Origin: Octopus vulgaris
Lineage: Eukaryota
Length of the DNA stretch: 64,000 nucleotides
Assembly: GCA_951406725.2 (NCBI GenBank)
Contig: OX597823.1
Location: forward strand, 109,182,001-109,246,000
Reading direction: 5' to 3'
In this document: positions 1-13,560 of the stretch, piece after piece
Layout of the letters: each line of letters opens with the position of its first letter
How positions within the stretch are numbered: position 1 is the stretch's first letter
Program-made: the position numbers and the translations under genes
The notes under the pieces: generated by a model
Told to the model about the DNA's origin: nothing
The model's database searches: none
The model's input: only the letters and a program-made list of their open reading frames with translations

Positions 1-1596
1 CTGAGAACAGTTTTTTGTTTTGCTAGTGTTTTGCTGCTATCTGGATCAGTTTTCCTTCCTTCTGAAGTAGGTACTTTTGCAGTCCTATGGTGGTTATTTT
101 ATAGTAGTTTTCCAGCTGTATAAGGCCTCTACCACCTTCTATACGTTGTATACATAGTCTTTCTATGTCAGATTTTGGGTGATGCATCCTAGATCCTGTC
201 AGTATTTTTCTTGTTTTCCTATCTATTTTGGACAGTTTATTTCGTGTCCAGTTAAGGATATTGTAGCTGTAACTTATAACTGGGACAGCTAAAGTGTTGA
301 TACCTATTATCTTGTTTTTAGCATTGAGCTCTGTTTTAATATTGATCTAACTCGTCTATAATATTCTTTTTTTATTTTCTCTTTCATTTGTGTGTGTTGT
401 GTCTTATCTAGTTCATGGATTCCTAAGTATTTGTAAGTTTGGCTTTGGTCTAATTCTTTTATTTCATTGGTTTTATCTAGTGTGATGTTGTTACTCTTAA
501 CTAGTTTTCCTCTTTTCATGGTTACTTTGGCGCATTTTTCTAATCCAAATTTCATATCTATTTCTTTGGTAAATCCATGAACTGTCTTTAATAGTGTTTC
601 CAGCTGTTTGTCATTTGCAGCGTATAGTTTTAGGTCATCCATATATAAAAGGTGGCTGATCGTTTTGCCGTAACATTTATATCCGCATCCAGTTCTATTT
701 AGCATATCAGATAGAGGTGACAGTGCCAAGCAGAAAAGGAGTGGAGAGAGCGTGTCTCCCTGGAATATTCCTCTTCTAATGGGGATGTCTTTGGTTTTCA
801 TGAGTCCCTCTTTTGTTTGGAGGTGTAGGACTGTTTGCCATTTATTCATAGAGTGCTCTATGAATTTTATGATTGTTGGTGCTACTTTGTTAATGGCTAG
901 TGTTTCGAGGATCCATGTGTGGGGGATGCTATCGAACTCCTTTTTGTAGTCAATCCAGGCCATACTGAGGCCTTTCTTCTTTCTGTGGCTGTCTTCAGTT
1001 ACGGCTTTATTAATCATTAGTTGATCTTTACAGCCATATGAGCCCTTGCGGCATCCTTTCTGCTCTTCTGGGAACAGTTTGTTTTCGTCCAGGTGCTTGT
1101 TCAGCCTTTGCGATATCACTGCAGTAAATGCCTTGAACATAGTAGGGAGGCAGGTTATTGGTCTGTAGTTTTCTGGTTTTGTTGTTTCATTTGATTTGGG
1201 AATTAAGATGGTTTTCCCCTTCGTGAGCCATTCAGGCATTGTCTCTGGCTCTGCTAGTATGCTGTTAAAGTTTTCAGCCAGCTTTTTGTGCATTCCTGTT
1301 AGATATTTCAACCAGAAGTTGGGGATCTTGTCATGTCCAGGTGCCTTCCAGTTGCTTAGTTTTTGCAGTGCCTGGGTGACCTCTTCAGTTGTTATGGGGG
1401 TCCAAAGTTGTTCAGATGCCGAGTTTGTTATTTTCATACTCCTTTTTTTTTTTTTGGCTGTTCGTTCGCCGACCATATTTCTTTCCAGAATTCTTCCAAT
1501 TCTTCTGCCGTTGGTGCTGCAGTGACTTCTATTTTATTTTTGCCCAGTTCTTGGTAGAACTTTTTGGGGTCGGAGTTGAACTTTTTGTTCTGTTCT
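1..1596 (-). mobile_element. R4/Dong-clade non-LTR retrotransposon, 5'-truncated; RT domain with frameshifts; runs off the window start
   Basis: ORF 307..1476 contains WKAPGHDKI, YRPITCLPT, EEQKGCRKG, WIDYKKEFDSIPH, RRGIFQGDTLSPLLF and HLLYMDDLKLY. The frame continues upstream across the poly-T at ~1442-1455 (KKFYQELG...FWKEIW). After a 1-nt frameshift near 335 it continues downstream (ELNAKNKIIGINTLAVPVISYS...HHPKSDIERL...EGGRGLIQLE), motifs typical of R4/Dong. Confidence 0.9.
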
Positions 1597-1756
<160 letters not shown>

Positions 1757-2091
1757 TCATTATCATTACTATTACTATTATCATAATTAGCATTTTTATT
1801 ACCTTTTTCTTTATACTTTTCTTCCCCAAGTGTTACCATTTATTTTCGCTTTATTTTTCGCGTTTTCGCCAGTATTTCCTCTTTAAATTCCGACCTGACC
1901 TTCGAATTTATCTCTGTTTCATTACTTCACCATCTTCATTCACATCAATACGTATCATGATGACCATCATCATCATCTTCCTCATTAAATTCCATTTCTA
2001 GCATTATCTTTGATTTATCTTAAAGATTTCTTTTTTGACGACCTCAATAACCTAAAGATACACACATATATACATATATAAATACACACAC

Positions 2092-2135
<44 letters not shown>

Positions 2136-3280
2136 GATATGATTATCTATACATTTGGAGCAAAGTGGACAACCGGAACTGTGATTCTGTCTACCAGCAA
2201 CATATTTGCAGACAAACACAGGCGCGTGTACAACCCAAGAATGACATACACATGCATACATTCACGTATTATTTCACGTATACACACACACACAAACACA
2301 CACACACATATTGTGGCATGATAGCATCAAAAACAGAAAAAAAATACAAAAGTTGAAAAATATTTTCATGGCAAATATGTTGAAGATAACAGTAAAAATT
2401 ACGAAATGAGAGACAAAGAGAAAAATAGAATCAAAAATTATAAGCCAACACTAAGAACAATAACAAGAAGCGTAAACAAGACTAGACCAAGAAAAGCCAA
2501 AACAGGATTGTGCATATACATATGTACGTGCATAAACACACACGCACGTTCATAAAAATGAACGTAGATGTATATATATATATAGGATGTATATATGTAC
2601 ATAAACTATATATATATAATTATATATATATGTATATATATAAAATATATATATAAATATAATTATATATATATATGTATGTATTATAACTATACACTTC
2701 ATATAAACGCGTATATATGTATATATAATTATACAGTCTACATATGCGCGCGTGTGTGTGAGTGCGCGCGCATGCGTTCATATTACTATAAAAATATAAA
2801 TAAGCTCAATAAACTTTACAAAGTTGTAAAGGCTAAGAAAAGTATTTTAAAAAACAGAAAAAGACTAAATATGTTCTCCAAGTGTTACAATCTGCATAAA
2901 ATGGGTGAAGAAAAGGAAGGAAAAATAATACAAAAAACAAAAAACAAAGATGGCATCAACAAAATAGAAAGTTGCTGGGTGTGGATGAGGGTGAGGGTGA
3001 AAGGGTTTCAAAATTTCACACTGCCTCAGACAGTATACATACACACATGCGTACATGCATACATGCATATACGCATATGCATGCCAGCATACGTACTTAT
3101 GTAAATACATAAATATACACATATATATACACAAATATTGTTATACATATACATACATGCACATAAATATAAATATATATATACCTATATATATATGTAT
3201 GTGAATGTATGTTTTTATATATATATATATGTATATATAGGTTTATAAATATATGTGTATTACATATGTATATATATACG

Positions 3281-3317
<37 letters not shown>

Positions 3318-4321
3318 GTTTGCGTAAATATATGTATTGTATTCGTTGTTATTGTCATCATCCTCTTTACCCTTTATCTCTATCCTGAGGGGATGAAAAG
3401 TCTAGAAAATTCCCAGAGAAAAGTGAGAAAAATCTAAATAGCTATTTAAAAAAAATATATGCATGACAAAATGAAAAAATAAAGGAAAGGAAACCCATCC
3501 ACAAAGAATCATACAAACACACAAACACGCACACACACACCCACACACACACACACACACGGGCGCACACTCACACGCATGCGTATGTACACGGATATAA
3601 AGAAAAGAAATAACAATAGGTAGATGGGATGCATACGTTAAAATAATAAGCCGTAGGTGAATGTTAAAGTAGATGTGTTATGATGAGTGAGAGGTCGAAT
3701 GTTGGTGTGTTGTAGGGTCGTGGTAGGGTAGCTACATAACGTAAATATGGCCAGGTGGATGTAGGGGATGAACCGGTGGTAGTGGTGGTGGTAGTGGTGA
3801 TAGTGGTGTTTGGGACTGAGTAAGGCGTGAGGTTGGTGGAAGTGTGGTGTGTGGCTGAGAAAATTAGGGTGAAAAAAACATCACTGCAAATGCACAGCAG
3901 TGTTCCAGTTTAGGGCGATTTTCTTCTCTAAGGGACTTATAAACTAGGTCAACCACATGCTCACACGTACAGATAACGCATATCCACACACACACATACA
4001 CACACATACACACAGACACACACACACACACACACACAGAGGCTTGCGTACATATAAACGTATGGTAGCGGCCGAGTGGCCGAATTAGCGCGTGTCCCAG
4101 TTTCCTTCCTTCACCTAATGACACAAATACACACCTTAAGGTATGATGCTCCAACATATACATTCAATCGTGCATTGACATTCGCATTTAGGCGCCGCAC
4201 TCACACACATTCACGCAATCACTTAACTGCGATACCCAGAAATTACACACAAACACGTTTCAAAAAAGGAAAAAAACGCACACGGCCATGTATTACTTTC
4301 ACTATCTCCCCAATCACCTAT

Positions 4322-4353
4322 GTATAATAATCACAATAATGATGATGATGATG

Positions 4354-4405
<52 letters not shown>

Positions 4406-4433
4406 TAATAATAAAAATAATAATGATGATTAC

Positions 4434-4465
<32 letters not shown>

Positions 4466-4476
4466 TAATCATAATG

Positions 4477-4534
<58 letters not shown>

Positions 4535-4559
4535 TAGCAATAATAATAATAATGATAAC

Positions 4560-4605
<46 letters not shown>

Positions 4606-4682
4606 GTAATAATGATAATGATAATAATAATGATTACAATAATAATAATAATAATGATAACAATAATAATAATAATGATTAC

Positions 4683-4718
<36 letters not shown>

Positions 4719-4720
4719 TA
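4322..4720. repeat. (AAT)n/(GAT)n mosaic microsatellite
   Basis: Seen directly. Confidence 0.95.
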
Positions 4721-5039
4721 CGAGTACTAACAATTAAATAATAATAGTTAAGGGTTCTATGCTAAATATTGCAGTCAAAATGACACAAAATACAAATTTT
4801 CATTTAGACACAAAGGTTAAAGCGGGCAAAAGAATAGAAATTCTAAAACCCCGTACTAATGACGAAAATAAATGAAAATTGAAAAAGCCAGACATAACTG
4901 TATCACCGCGATTTCGAACTTGGAGTAAAACTCTTTGTTAAAATTTAGCGAGTCTTTCATCTCACCAATGGGTTACGCTGACTGTTGTACACCACTATGC
5001 ACCATGTCACATGCGCTATGTATTCGTTTTTCAATGTGA

Positions 5040-5230
5040 TTCCTTATTGTTCTTATTTTAGGTCATTCCTCCGGAAATCTTTCGTCGCACATGTTGTGAC
5101 CTCATCAGCAATGCTCCACGCCACGTACCTCCACTTGTTCTGATTTGTGCGACCATCCCGAAATATATCAATATCTTTTCAACACACGATTTCACAACCA
5201 GAATCTTGCAAAACTAAAAACATAACTACA
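5040..5230. mobile_element. Penelope-like pseudo-LTR remnant containing a decayed hammerhead motif (5070-5113, minus)
   Basis: Minus strand reads CTGATGA-G-GTC...GAC-GAAA-GATTTC. 5178-5230 resembles the repeat end at 24565-24620 and 41335-41390. Confidence 0.45.
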
Positions 5231-5310
5231 TATATAGATACATACATACATACATACATACATATACATATGTGTGTGTGCGTATATATATATATATATG
5301 TATGTATGTA

Positions 5311-5720
5311 GGAGTGGCTGTGTGGTAAGTAGCTTGCTAACCAACCACATGGTTCCGGGTTCAGTCCCACTGCATGGCATCTTGGGCAAGTGTCTTCTGC
5401 TATAGCTCCGGGCCGACCAATGCCTTGTGAGTGGATTTGGTAGACGGAAACTGAAAGAAGCCCGTCGTATATATGTATATATATATATGTATTTGTGTGT
5501 ATGTTTGCGTGTCTGTATTTGTCCCCCTAGCATTGCTTGGCAACCGATGCTGGTGTGTTTACGTCCCCGTCACTAAGCGGTTCGGCAAAAAGAGACCGAT
5601 AGAATAAGTACTGGGATTACAAAGAATAAGTCCCGGGGTCGATTTGCTCGACTAAAGGCGGTGCTCCAGCATGTCCGCAGTCAAATGACTGAAACAAGTA
5701 AAAGAAAAGAAAGAAAGAAA
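5311..5720 (+). mobile_element. tRNA-derived SINE, family A
   Basis: Head GGAGTGGCTGTGTGGTAAG (A box) ... GGTTCAGTCCC (B box), internal (TA)/(TG) tract, and tail GCAGTCAAATGACTGAAACAAGTAAAAG. About 12 copies in the window. Confidence 0.9.
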
Positions 5721-5728
5721 TATATTTA

Positions 5729-5787
<59 letters not shown>

Positions 5788-5805
5788 GTATATATATATA
5801 TATGA

Positions 5806-6098
5806 ACTCTCCCGTCGTTAGACAACGTATGAGGGGTCGACAACTTCTTATCGAACGACAAGACAGATGATTTGTTTATAGTGATCAAATGTATGTGCAC
5901 AGATAAGCTCACTCCCTCCATCAAATCAACATTACCTGTACAGGTGTAACGGGTGCCACATGTCAGATGACGAAATGATCGCAGAGCAACGTGAAGTGAA
6001 GTGATTTGCTCAAGAACACAACGCTTGATCTGGGAATCGAACACACGATCTCGCAATCGTGCATGCAACACCTTAAGCAGTGAGCCATGCACCTTCAC
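5806..6098 (-). mobile_element. tRNA-derived SINE, family E (CORE-like body)
   Basis: Minus strand has an A/B-box-like head (GTGTTCGATTCCCAG) followed by GTGTTCTTGAGCAAATCACTTCAC. The tail resembles that of the SINE at 62366. Confidence 0.6.
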
Positions 6099-6217
6099 AT
6101 ACATAGACACGCACGCACGCACACACACACACACACGCGCACGTAGACACGCATACGTACACACGCACAGTTTCACACGCACACGTATACACGCACGCAC
6201 ACACACACATATATTCT

Positions 6218-6261
6218 TTCACTTGTTTCAGTCATTTATATATATATATATATGTTTCAGT

Positions 6262-6320
<59 letters not shown>

Positions 6321-6400
6321 GACGGGCTTCTTTCAGTTTCCGCCAACCAAATCCACTCACAAGGATTCGGTCGGCACGAGGCTTTATAGTAGAACACACT
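6218..6400 (-). mobile_element. SINE family A fragments (internally deleted)
   Basis: ACTTGTTTCAGTCATTT and GACGGGCTTCTTTCAGTTTCCG...CCACTCACAAGG match family A. Confidence 0.75.
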
Positions 6401-6719
6401 TTATAGTAGAACTCACTATATATATACGTATAAAATGTACGGATTTGTGATAGAAAATTTAACCAAAGAAGTACTTCATCTGGTGAGAGATAAATATTAT
6501 TTATTTAACGCAGACAGTAAACGTTCTCCGTCTTTCGTTTTCCGTTGTCTACTGTCTGCATTTTCTATATGCTGCCTTCTCAGTTTTTTCGCGTTTCTTC
6601 TATTATTCAATTTCTTTATTTCTTTATGACATTTGGTAAGCGCCTGAAGGATATGTAGTTTGAATTTTCTCAACATATGAAACTATTAGTGAGCCTTAGT
6701 ATACGTATTGTGACCTTTA

Positions 6720-6776
<57 letters not shown>

Positions 6777-7062
6777 GGGTGCGGTGAACTAACTGTTGTC
6801 CAAATTACGCAAAATTGTAATTACCGTTGACGTCTCATTTTATCAGATATATTTACTAAACTTGCATAAAATATTTTGCAATACTAACGAGGGAATTTAT
6901 TCAATAAAATTGGTATTGGCTTTTATATATATATATATATATAAACATATATATCATTTTATTCCCATGCCGGCCACCTGATAAGATCGGTATTTAAATA
7001 ACGATCTTACCCTTATTTATATAAATCTCTTTCTCCCTCTCTCTCCTCTCTCTCCCTCTCTC

Positions 7063-7132
<70 letters not shown>

Positions 7133-8200
7133 ATTCACCTTTCTCTTTGACTATTTTTCTCGTGCTAAACTTCTCCCCTCTCATATAGAATTTCTCTCAC
7201 TCTCTATAAAAGTATATAGCTGATGGTGAATTTGTGTGCGTTCGTGTGTGTGTGTGTGTGTTTGTAAGCATGTGTGTAAGGAATTTCTTGCGATTTAGGA
7301 AAAATATGTTAGCAATACTTTATTTTAAATGCATACTTCTCTGTCTGTAAATATGATTTGTAAATATGTGCCTCCACCACATTCACACGCTAACTTGATT
7401 GATTCACACGCGGACTTTCTTGATGCAGTCGGGTATCAAAAAATTAGAGGCAAAATGTTTTTGCTGTTGCTTAAATCCTAGCAATGGATTACCGCATCAT
7501 TCCATGAAATGTGCATATGTAAAAGAAATATTTAAAAACATGTGACGACGAAGAAATGGAGAAGATACCAGATGACCGTGGGATGTGTTAGTAACAACAG
7601 CTCAATCTCCCTTAAATCAGACACCCCGTTTGAAAGCAATTTTGCAATTATAAACGAAAATTAAATTGCAGATTTAGATCGTTCGTATTTTAGAACTATG
7701 AGTAGAGAAAATTTTCAAAAAGAAGCTGAAGTTTTAGGATTTATGGCGTAGTGGGGTAATGATGCTTTAAAATCTCAGTATTGTTTTTAGACTACGTTTT
7801 ATTTTCTCTTTAGAAATAAAGAAAGTGAGGATCGTAATGGCCTACGCTGATTTTCGAACATTTTTTTGTCTAACCTTCAAGGCTTTTACCATCAGTAGCG
7901 CAAAAAAAAAAAAAAATCGGTACTGAGTGAGCCTGTATATCACTATATATAAGATGTTTATATATGTTATATGCACATTCTATCTATCTATCTACCTATG
8001 TCTCTGTTTGTATGTCTGTTCTCTCTCTCTGGCTAATGACTGATGCCAAGTTGATGAACTTCTTTGCTTTCTGTTCGCCAGTGTATTTAGGATATGTTCG
8101 TTTGTTTATTTACTACGTTTTTTAAAATTATATATGTATATAGGTAGGTCAAATTTTTCATTTGTTGTCTTTTCATTCAATCCTGAAGATACATATATAT

Positions 8201-8255
<55 letters not shown>

Positions 8256-8424
8256 TGAGAGCAGTTGTATAATGTCAACTTCAAGTGACAGTCCCATAAA
8301 TGGAATCACACCACCGCTATTTATCCCTAGGAAGCATCGACGCTTCCTGTCGGCCTTGACACATTTCCTGTGTCCTTATGTTTACAAAGGGGAGACAAGA
8401 ACCCCCAACAACTAGGCCTGCAGT

Positions 8425-8462
8425 CAGAGACATGTTTCTGAGTCTTGCTTGTTATCAGTCTG
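8425..8462 (-). ncRNA. Degenerate minimal type I hammerhead motif
   Basis: CAGA-CTGATAA-caagcaagactca-GAAACATGT-C-TCTG: stem I CAGA/TCTG, palindromic ACATGT stem III, GUC triplet. G8 is mutated. Confidence 0.5.
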
Positions 8463-8627
8463 GAGTAGCATAGCCTGCAGCAGAAGATATATGACTAAAC
8501 TTTGTAAACATATATATATATTCAGTGAAGTATATTCACTGATAACCAAAATAAGAAATATTAAATTTCTAGATATTTAGAAATTTAATATTTCTAATAT
8601 ATATATATTAATAATTATATATATATA

Positions 8628-9280
8628 TTAAAAATAGGATAAAATCTTCATAAGAAATTATCAATTAGTTAGCGTGAAAAACCTCATAAGAGAAAAAAAT
8701 CTGTAAATTTTTTCACTTGAATATATTTATTTATATTATATAGAGGGCATTATTACACATTAATGTCGCACGCTAGGAGGGACTCTTAAAGTCAAAACTA
8801 CCAAAATAAACGCATCGTACCGAATGCAAGTCTTGAAGCAAGCTATTTAAAAACAGAATTTAGCTGCAGATCACCAGTGATTTCGTAATCAACGCAGTTA
8901 CTGCGTCCCTTGCTCATCAGTGACAGCGTGATTCGAGATATATAATGAATGAACAAAATCAACATACCAGACGAACAAACATCGTATCCACCGTAGCATA
9001 TAGAACTGTTCACCCCTTGATTACGAAATCACTGGTGATCTGCAGCTAAATTCTATTTTTAAATGATTGGCTTCGAGACTTGCATTCGGTACGATATGTT
9101 TACTTTGGTAGTTTTGACTTTAAGAGTCCCTCCTAGCGTGCGGCATTTATGTGTAATAATGCCCTCTATATAATATAAATAAATATATTCAAGTGAAAAA
9201 ATTTACAGATTTTTTTCTCTCATGAGGTTTTTCACGCTAACTACTTGATAATTTCTTATGAAGATTTTATCCTATTTTAA
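8628..9280. mobile_element. Fold-back element: ~264-bp inverted arms (8628-8892 / 9017-9280) with a 124-bp spacer; Penelope-like pseudo-LTR
   Basis: The arms are reverse complements with scattered substitutions. The element is flanked by (TA)n and contains a hammerhead motif. Confidence 0.8.
8863..8927 (-). ncRNA. Type I hammerhead ribozyme motif with intact core
   Basis: GCTG(T)CA-CTGATGA-G...ACGCAG-TAA-CTGCGT...C-GAAA-TCAC-TG-GTGA-TC-TGCAGC. All core nucleotides are present; AUC cleavage triplet. Confidence 0.7.
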
Positions 9281-9283
9281 AAT

Positions 9284-9315
<32 letters not shown>

Positions 9316-9952
9316 CATATATAAACATATATATATACGGGGAGAGATATATAGATATACATTGATAGATGAAGATATACAAACATGACCGTCTATATAT
9401 AGAAATAGCTGTGTAGGTAATGTATATTTTGTCTTCATCTTTTGTAATTATTTTGTCCATGCAATAATTTTATCTGTGAAAGAGAATAATGAAAGATATG
9501 GCGTTCATGTTCAATGACGACAAAGTGTGTTTCTGTGTATGTGTGTCTATGCATGTATGCATGTATGTATGTATGTACACATTGGCCACTGTGCAAAATA
9601 TGCACCTGCAAGGCATGGGCACATATTGGCTGGTTTTAGACATATTGTTCAGTCTTCTGGAAAGCAAAAACAAACAAACAAACATAAGAAAAACATAAAG
9701 GAAAAATAATCGAACTGACTTTATATGTTGAAGATGAACAAAAAGAAAAATTCAAATAAGATATGAGTGGGTGACATTCCTGTGTTGGAAAAGAACAGAA
9801 ACAAACTTAAAATGATGTCAACATACAAACATACATATAAGTGTCCATAACTACAAACACACGCACAACCATACACCCACCCACTCACATAAACTCATTG
9901 AAACACATTCATATATATCCATAAATATAAATATGGATACACACACACACAC

Positions 9953-9988
<36 letters not shown>

Positions 9989-10632
9989 ATATTACTCTGT
10001 GTATATATGTATATATAAGTGTATCAACATAAATGCATATACATACACACACAAATATATATATGTATATAAACACACAGCCACATACATATATATATAC
10101 ACGTATATACATAAATGCATACATACATATGTACATATGTTAGTGCGAAGGGATGTGTATGACTTTGAACTTAAAATGTACTTCTAGGATAATGTATGAC
10201 GTAGGAGTCACAGAAGGAATAAAAGAAAACAGACTCCCATACATTAACCATATGAAAGATAAGAATAAGAATTAGATGAAGCAAATCAAACTTTATACAC
10301 ACTCACACACATACACGCATAAGCATATACACGTATATATATATGTATATATATAAACATTTATATATATACATATATACATATATATATATGTATATGT
10401 ATGTCTATATATATATATATGTATATATAGATATATATATGTTTGTACATATATATATATGTATATATATATACATATATATATGTTTATATATATATAT
10501 GTATGTGTATATATATATATATGTAAATATATATGTATATATATGTATGTATATATATGTATATATGTATATATATGTATGTATGCATATATATGTATAT
10601 ATATATATATGTATATATATATTTATATACAC

Positions 10633-10666
<34 letters not shown>

Positions 10667-10746
10667 CAGTGTAACACATATCCAAAAAAGAAGCGAGCTG
10701 TAAACGATAGACCAGTAATGTATTTATAAATAAACATGTGTGTGTT

Positions 10747-10809
<63 letters not shown>
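10747..10809. repeat. (TAGA)n microsatellite
   Basis: Seen directly. Confidence 0.95.
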
Positions 10810-10810
<1 letters not shown>

Positions 10811-11360
10811 CGGACAGATTAACTAACGTACATATATTTATGAATATATGATTCTATGTCCGTCTATCTCTTTGATAACTGCCATGAACGTAACTCTTGG
10901 CCATTGGGTTACTTTCTGACTTCTGCACATTAAATTTATTAATAATTTCTATCTATTTCTCTCACTTTTTCTCCCAGTCTCATTATATGTATGTGTATGG
11001 TCGGGTGCGCGTGTCTGCGTTGTTCTGGCTTGCATATTGATTAGATACGTTTTTTTTTTGTGCACACCGCAGCAAGCCATATTATGTTTACTGAGTATGT
11101 AACGAGGTCTGGCAGCAGACCATTGCTTAAGGATAAATGCATTGGTTTCTCCAATATGAAGTTCTTGTATGTATATGTATATACATAAACACATGACACT
11201 CATCCGTGCGCACATATACACTTTTCTTTTGTTCTTTAGATTCGCATATATAGCACGGCTATGTTGGAGTCCTATCTTTGGATTTTAATATTCAGTACTT
11301 TTTTATGTTGTGCCGTCTTATCGTCAAAACAGGGATCCGATATGTATGATGCTTTTACTT

Positions 11361-11361
11361 T

Positions 11362-11419
<58 letters not shown>

Positions 11420-11448
11420 TTATTATCATCAAAATTATTATCATTATC

Positions 11449-11484
<36 letters not shown>

Positions 11485-11650
11485 GTTATTGTTATTGTTA
11501 TTATTGTTATTGTTATTATTGTTATTGTTATTATTGTTATTGTTATTATTGTTATTGTTATTGTTATCTTTATTGTTATTGTTATTATTATTATTATTGT
11601 TATTATTATTATTATTATTAGTAGTATTATTGTTATTGTTATTGTTATTG

Positions 11651-11682
<32 letters not shown>

Positions 11683-11690
11683 TTTATTAT
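11361..11690. repeat. (ATC)n/(ATT)n/(TTATTG)n compound microsatellite
   Basis: Seen directly. Confidence 0.95.
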
Positions 11691-12262
11691 TTATTTTTTT
11701 GTGAACGTGTCACTTCCAATTATTAGTAGATCAATGAATCTCTAATTGTTAGTAGATCAAGGAATTTGTAGATTATTTGCCTTTTATGATAACTTATCTA
11801 ATACGTTACAGAAAAATCTTTTGTCACATTTCATATTTTCTTTTAGAAGACGGTTTATAAGACTTAAAACCAAACACATTTCAACGTCAAACTCATGCAG
11901 TATAGTTTCGTGGTGTCAGAATTTGATGAAAGAATTGTTATCTTACAATACCTATTCTGTGTCTCTTATTTTCCTCTCGTATTTGCTGATGTTCGAAATG
12001 AAATCTTCAAGAATTATTTGGTTCTTGGTTGCTTCCAGCGCACCAAAGTATAGACGCATAACATAGATGTTTGGTTAATATTAAAGTTATTCAATTTTCT
12101 TTTATTCAGTTCTTGCAATTTCTTCTGCTAGTACGTGATGCCTGGATGATCATATGTGTAAACAATAGTCCAAATCTGGAAATCGCAAGTGATTTCGTTA
12201 GACTCAAACCCATTGATCCCAGTACACAACCAAAACCTTAGGGAAATATGGTCCTCCAAGCA

Positions 12263-12299
<37 letters not shown>

Positions 12300-12303
<4 letters not shown>

Positions 12304-12590
12304 GCCATGAATAACCATGTTTTTGCATCTAGAAAGTTACTCTCTGAGATACAGGTCCCGACAAGATTGTTTATAGAAAACCAGCAGTCGCCCGTGCATA
12401 CCAGAGTCACCTCTCCATGCCACCAGCATTATCCAAGGGAAGGGCAAAGGGCGAAACTGCTTGGAACCAGGTGAGTAAATTAGACCAACTTAAAATAAAG
12501 TGTCATGCTCAAGAACACAACACACAGGCCGGTTAGAGAATGGAACTCACTACCTTATGATTGCGAGCCCGATGCATTAACAATTGCGCC
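12300..12590 (-). mobile_element. Decayed tRNA-derived SINE, family F
   Basis: Minus-strand tRNA-like head followed by the CORE-like TGTGTTCTTGAGCATGACACTTTATTT. Confidence 0.5.
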
Positions 12591-12597
12591 TTTTATA

Positions 12598-12969
12598 TTC
12601 TTTTACTTGTTTCAGGCATTTGACTGTGGCTATGCTGGAGAACCGCCCTTAGTCGAGTAAATCGACCCCAGGACTTATTCTTTGTAAGCCTAGTACTTAT
12701 TCTATCTGTCACTTTGGCCGAACCGTTAAGTTACGTGAACATAAACACACCAGCAACGGTTGGGGGACAAACACATACATACATACATACATACATACAT
12801 ACATACATACATACATACATACATAAACTTTCTGTTTACCAAATCCATTAACAAGGCTTTGGTCGGCCCGAAGCTATAGTAGGAGACACTTACTCAAGGT
12901 GCCACGCAGTGGAACTGCGCCCGAAATCATGTGGTTGGTAAGCAAACTACTAACCACACAGCCACTCCT
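12598..12969 (-). mobile_element. SINE family A
   Basis: Reverse-complement match to family A, with an internal (TACA)n tract. Confidence 0.9.
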
Positions 12970-12972
12970 ATG

Positions 12973-13010
<38 letters not shown>

Positions 13011-13039
13011 TATGTATGTATATATACATATATGTATGT

Positions 13040-13494
13040 TATGTCAGGTCTTTCGAGTGCTACTGGTAACATGTAACCCAGTACAACCTGTTGCATGGTC
13101 GGGTCGTCGGCGACTAAACCAGCAACCCCACCAAGTTTGCTTGGTAAGGAGGGTGTTTATTGGAAACCCTGCGGGATGAAAACAAAACCCGTCAAAGGCG
13201 GGGGAACTCTTGAGAGTCAACAGCCATCCAATAAATGTATTAATACTGTATCATGCGCGGGGATATAGAAATAATCGGACTGAATACTCAATCGCGCCGT
13301 TAAACCATTGGGAGTGAAGGACTCCTAGCCTTTGTAAGGGCATCCTTCTAGGAGAAGGTAACTCAGGTAACTGGGATAACTCCGATATAAACCCTACGGC
13401 TCAGTGGTTACCGATGATGTTGACTTCTTCTTTTTGGATTATGGCTGCTGTTGCTTAGTGAGTGGGATTGACTCAGTGCACAGCCTTTCCTCAC
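13040..13494 (+). mobile_element. RTE-like LINE 5'UTR-derived element
   Basis: Contains GGGCATCCTTCTAGGAGAAGGTAACTC, resembling the motif I recall from RTE-clade 5'UTRs. An HDV-like fold lies at its 5' end. Confidence 0.5.
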
Positions 13495-13521
13495 ATTGTA
13501 TGATGTAGAGTTGTATGGTCA

Positions 13522-13560
<39 letters not shown>

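Noticed and set aside
11261-11704. ORF with a signal-peptide-like start followed by poly-S/poly-L
   Set aside because: Most of it is compound microsatellite; there is no domain and no splice support.
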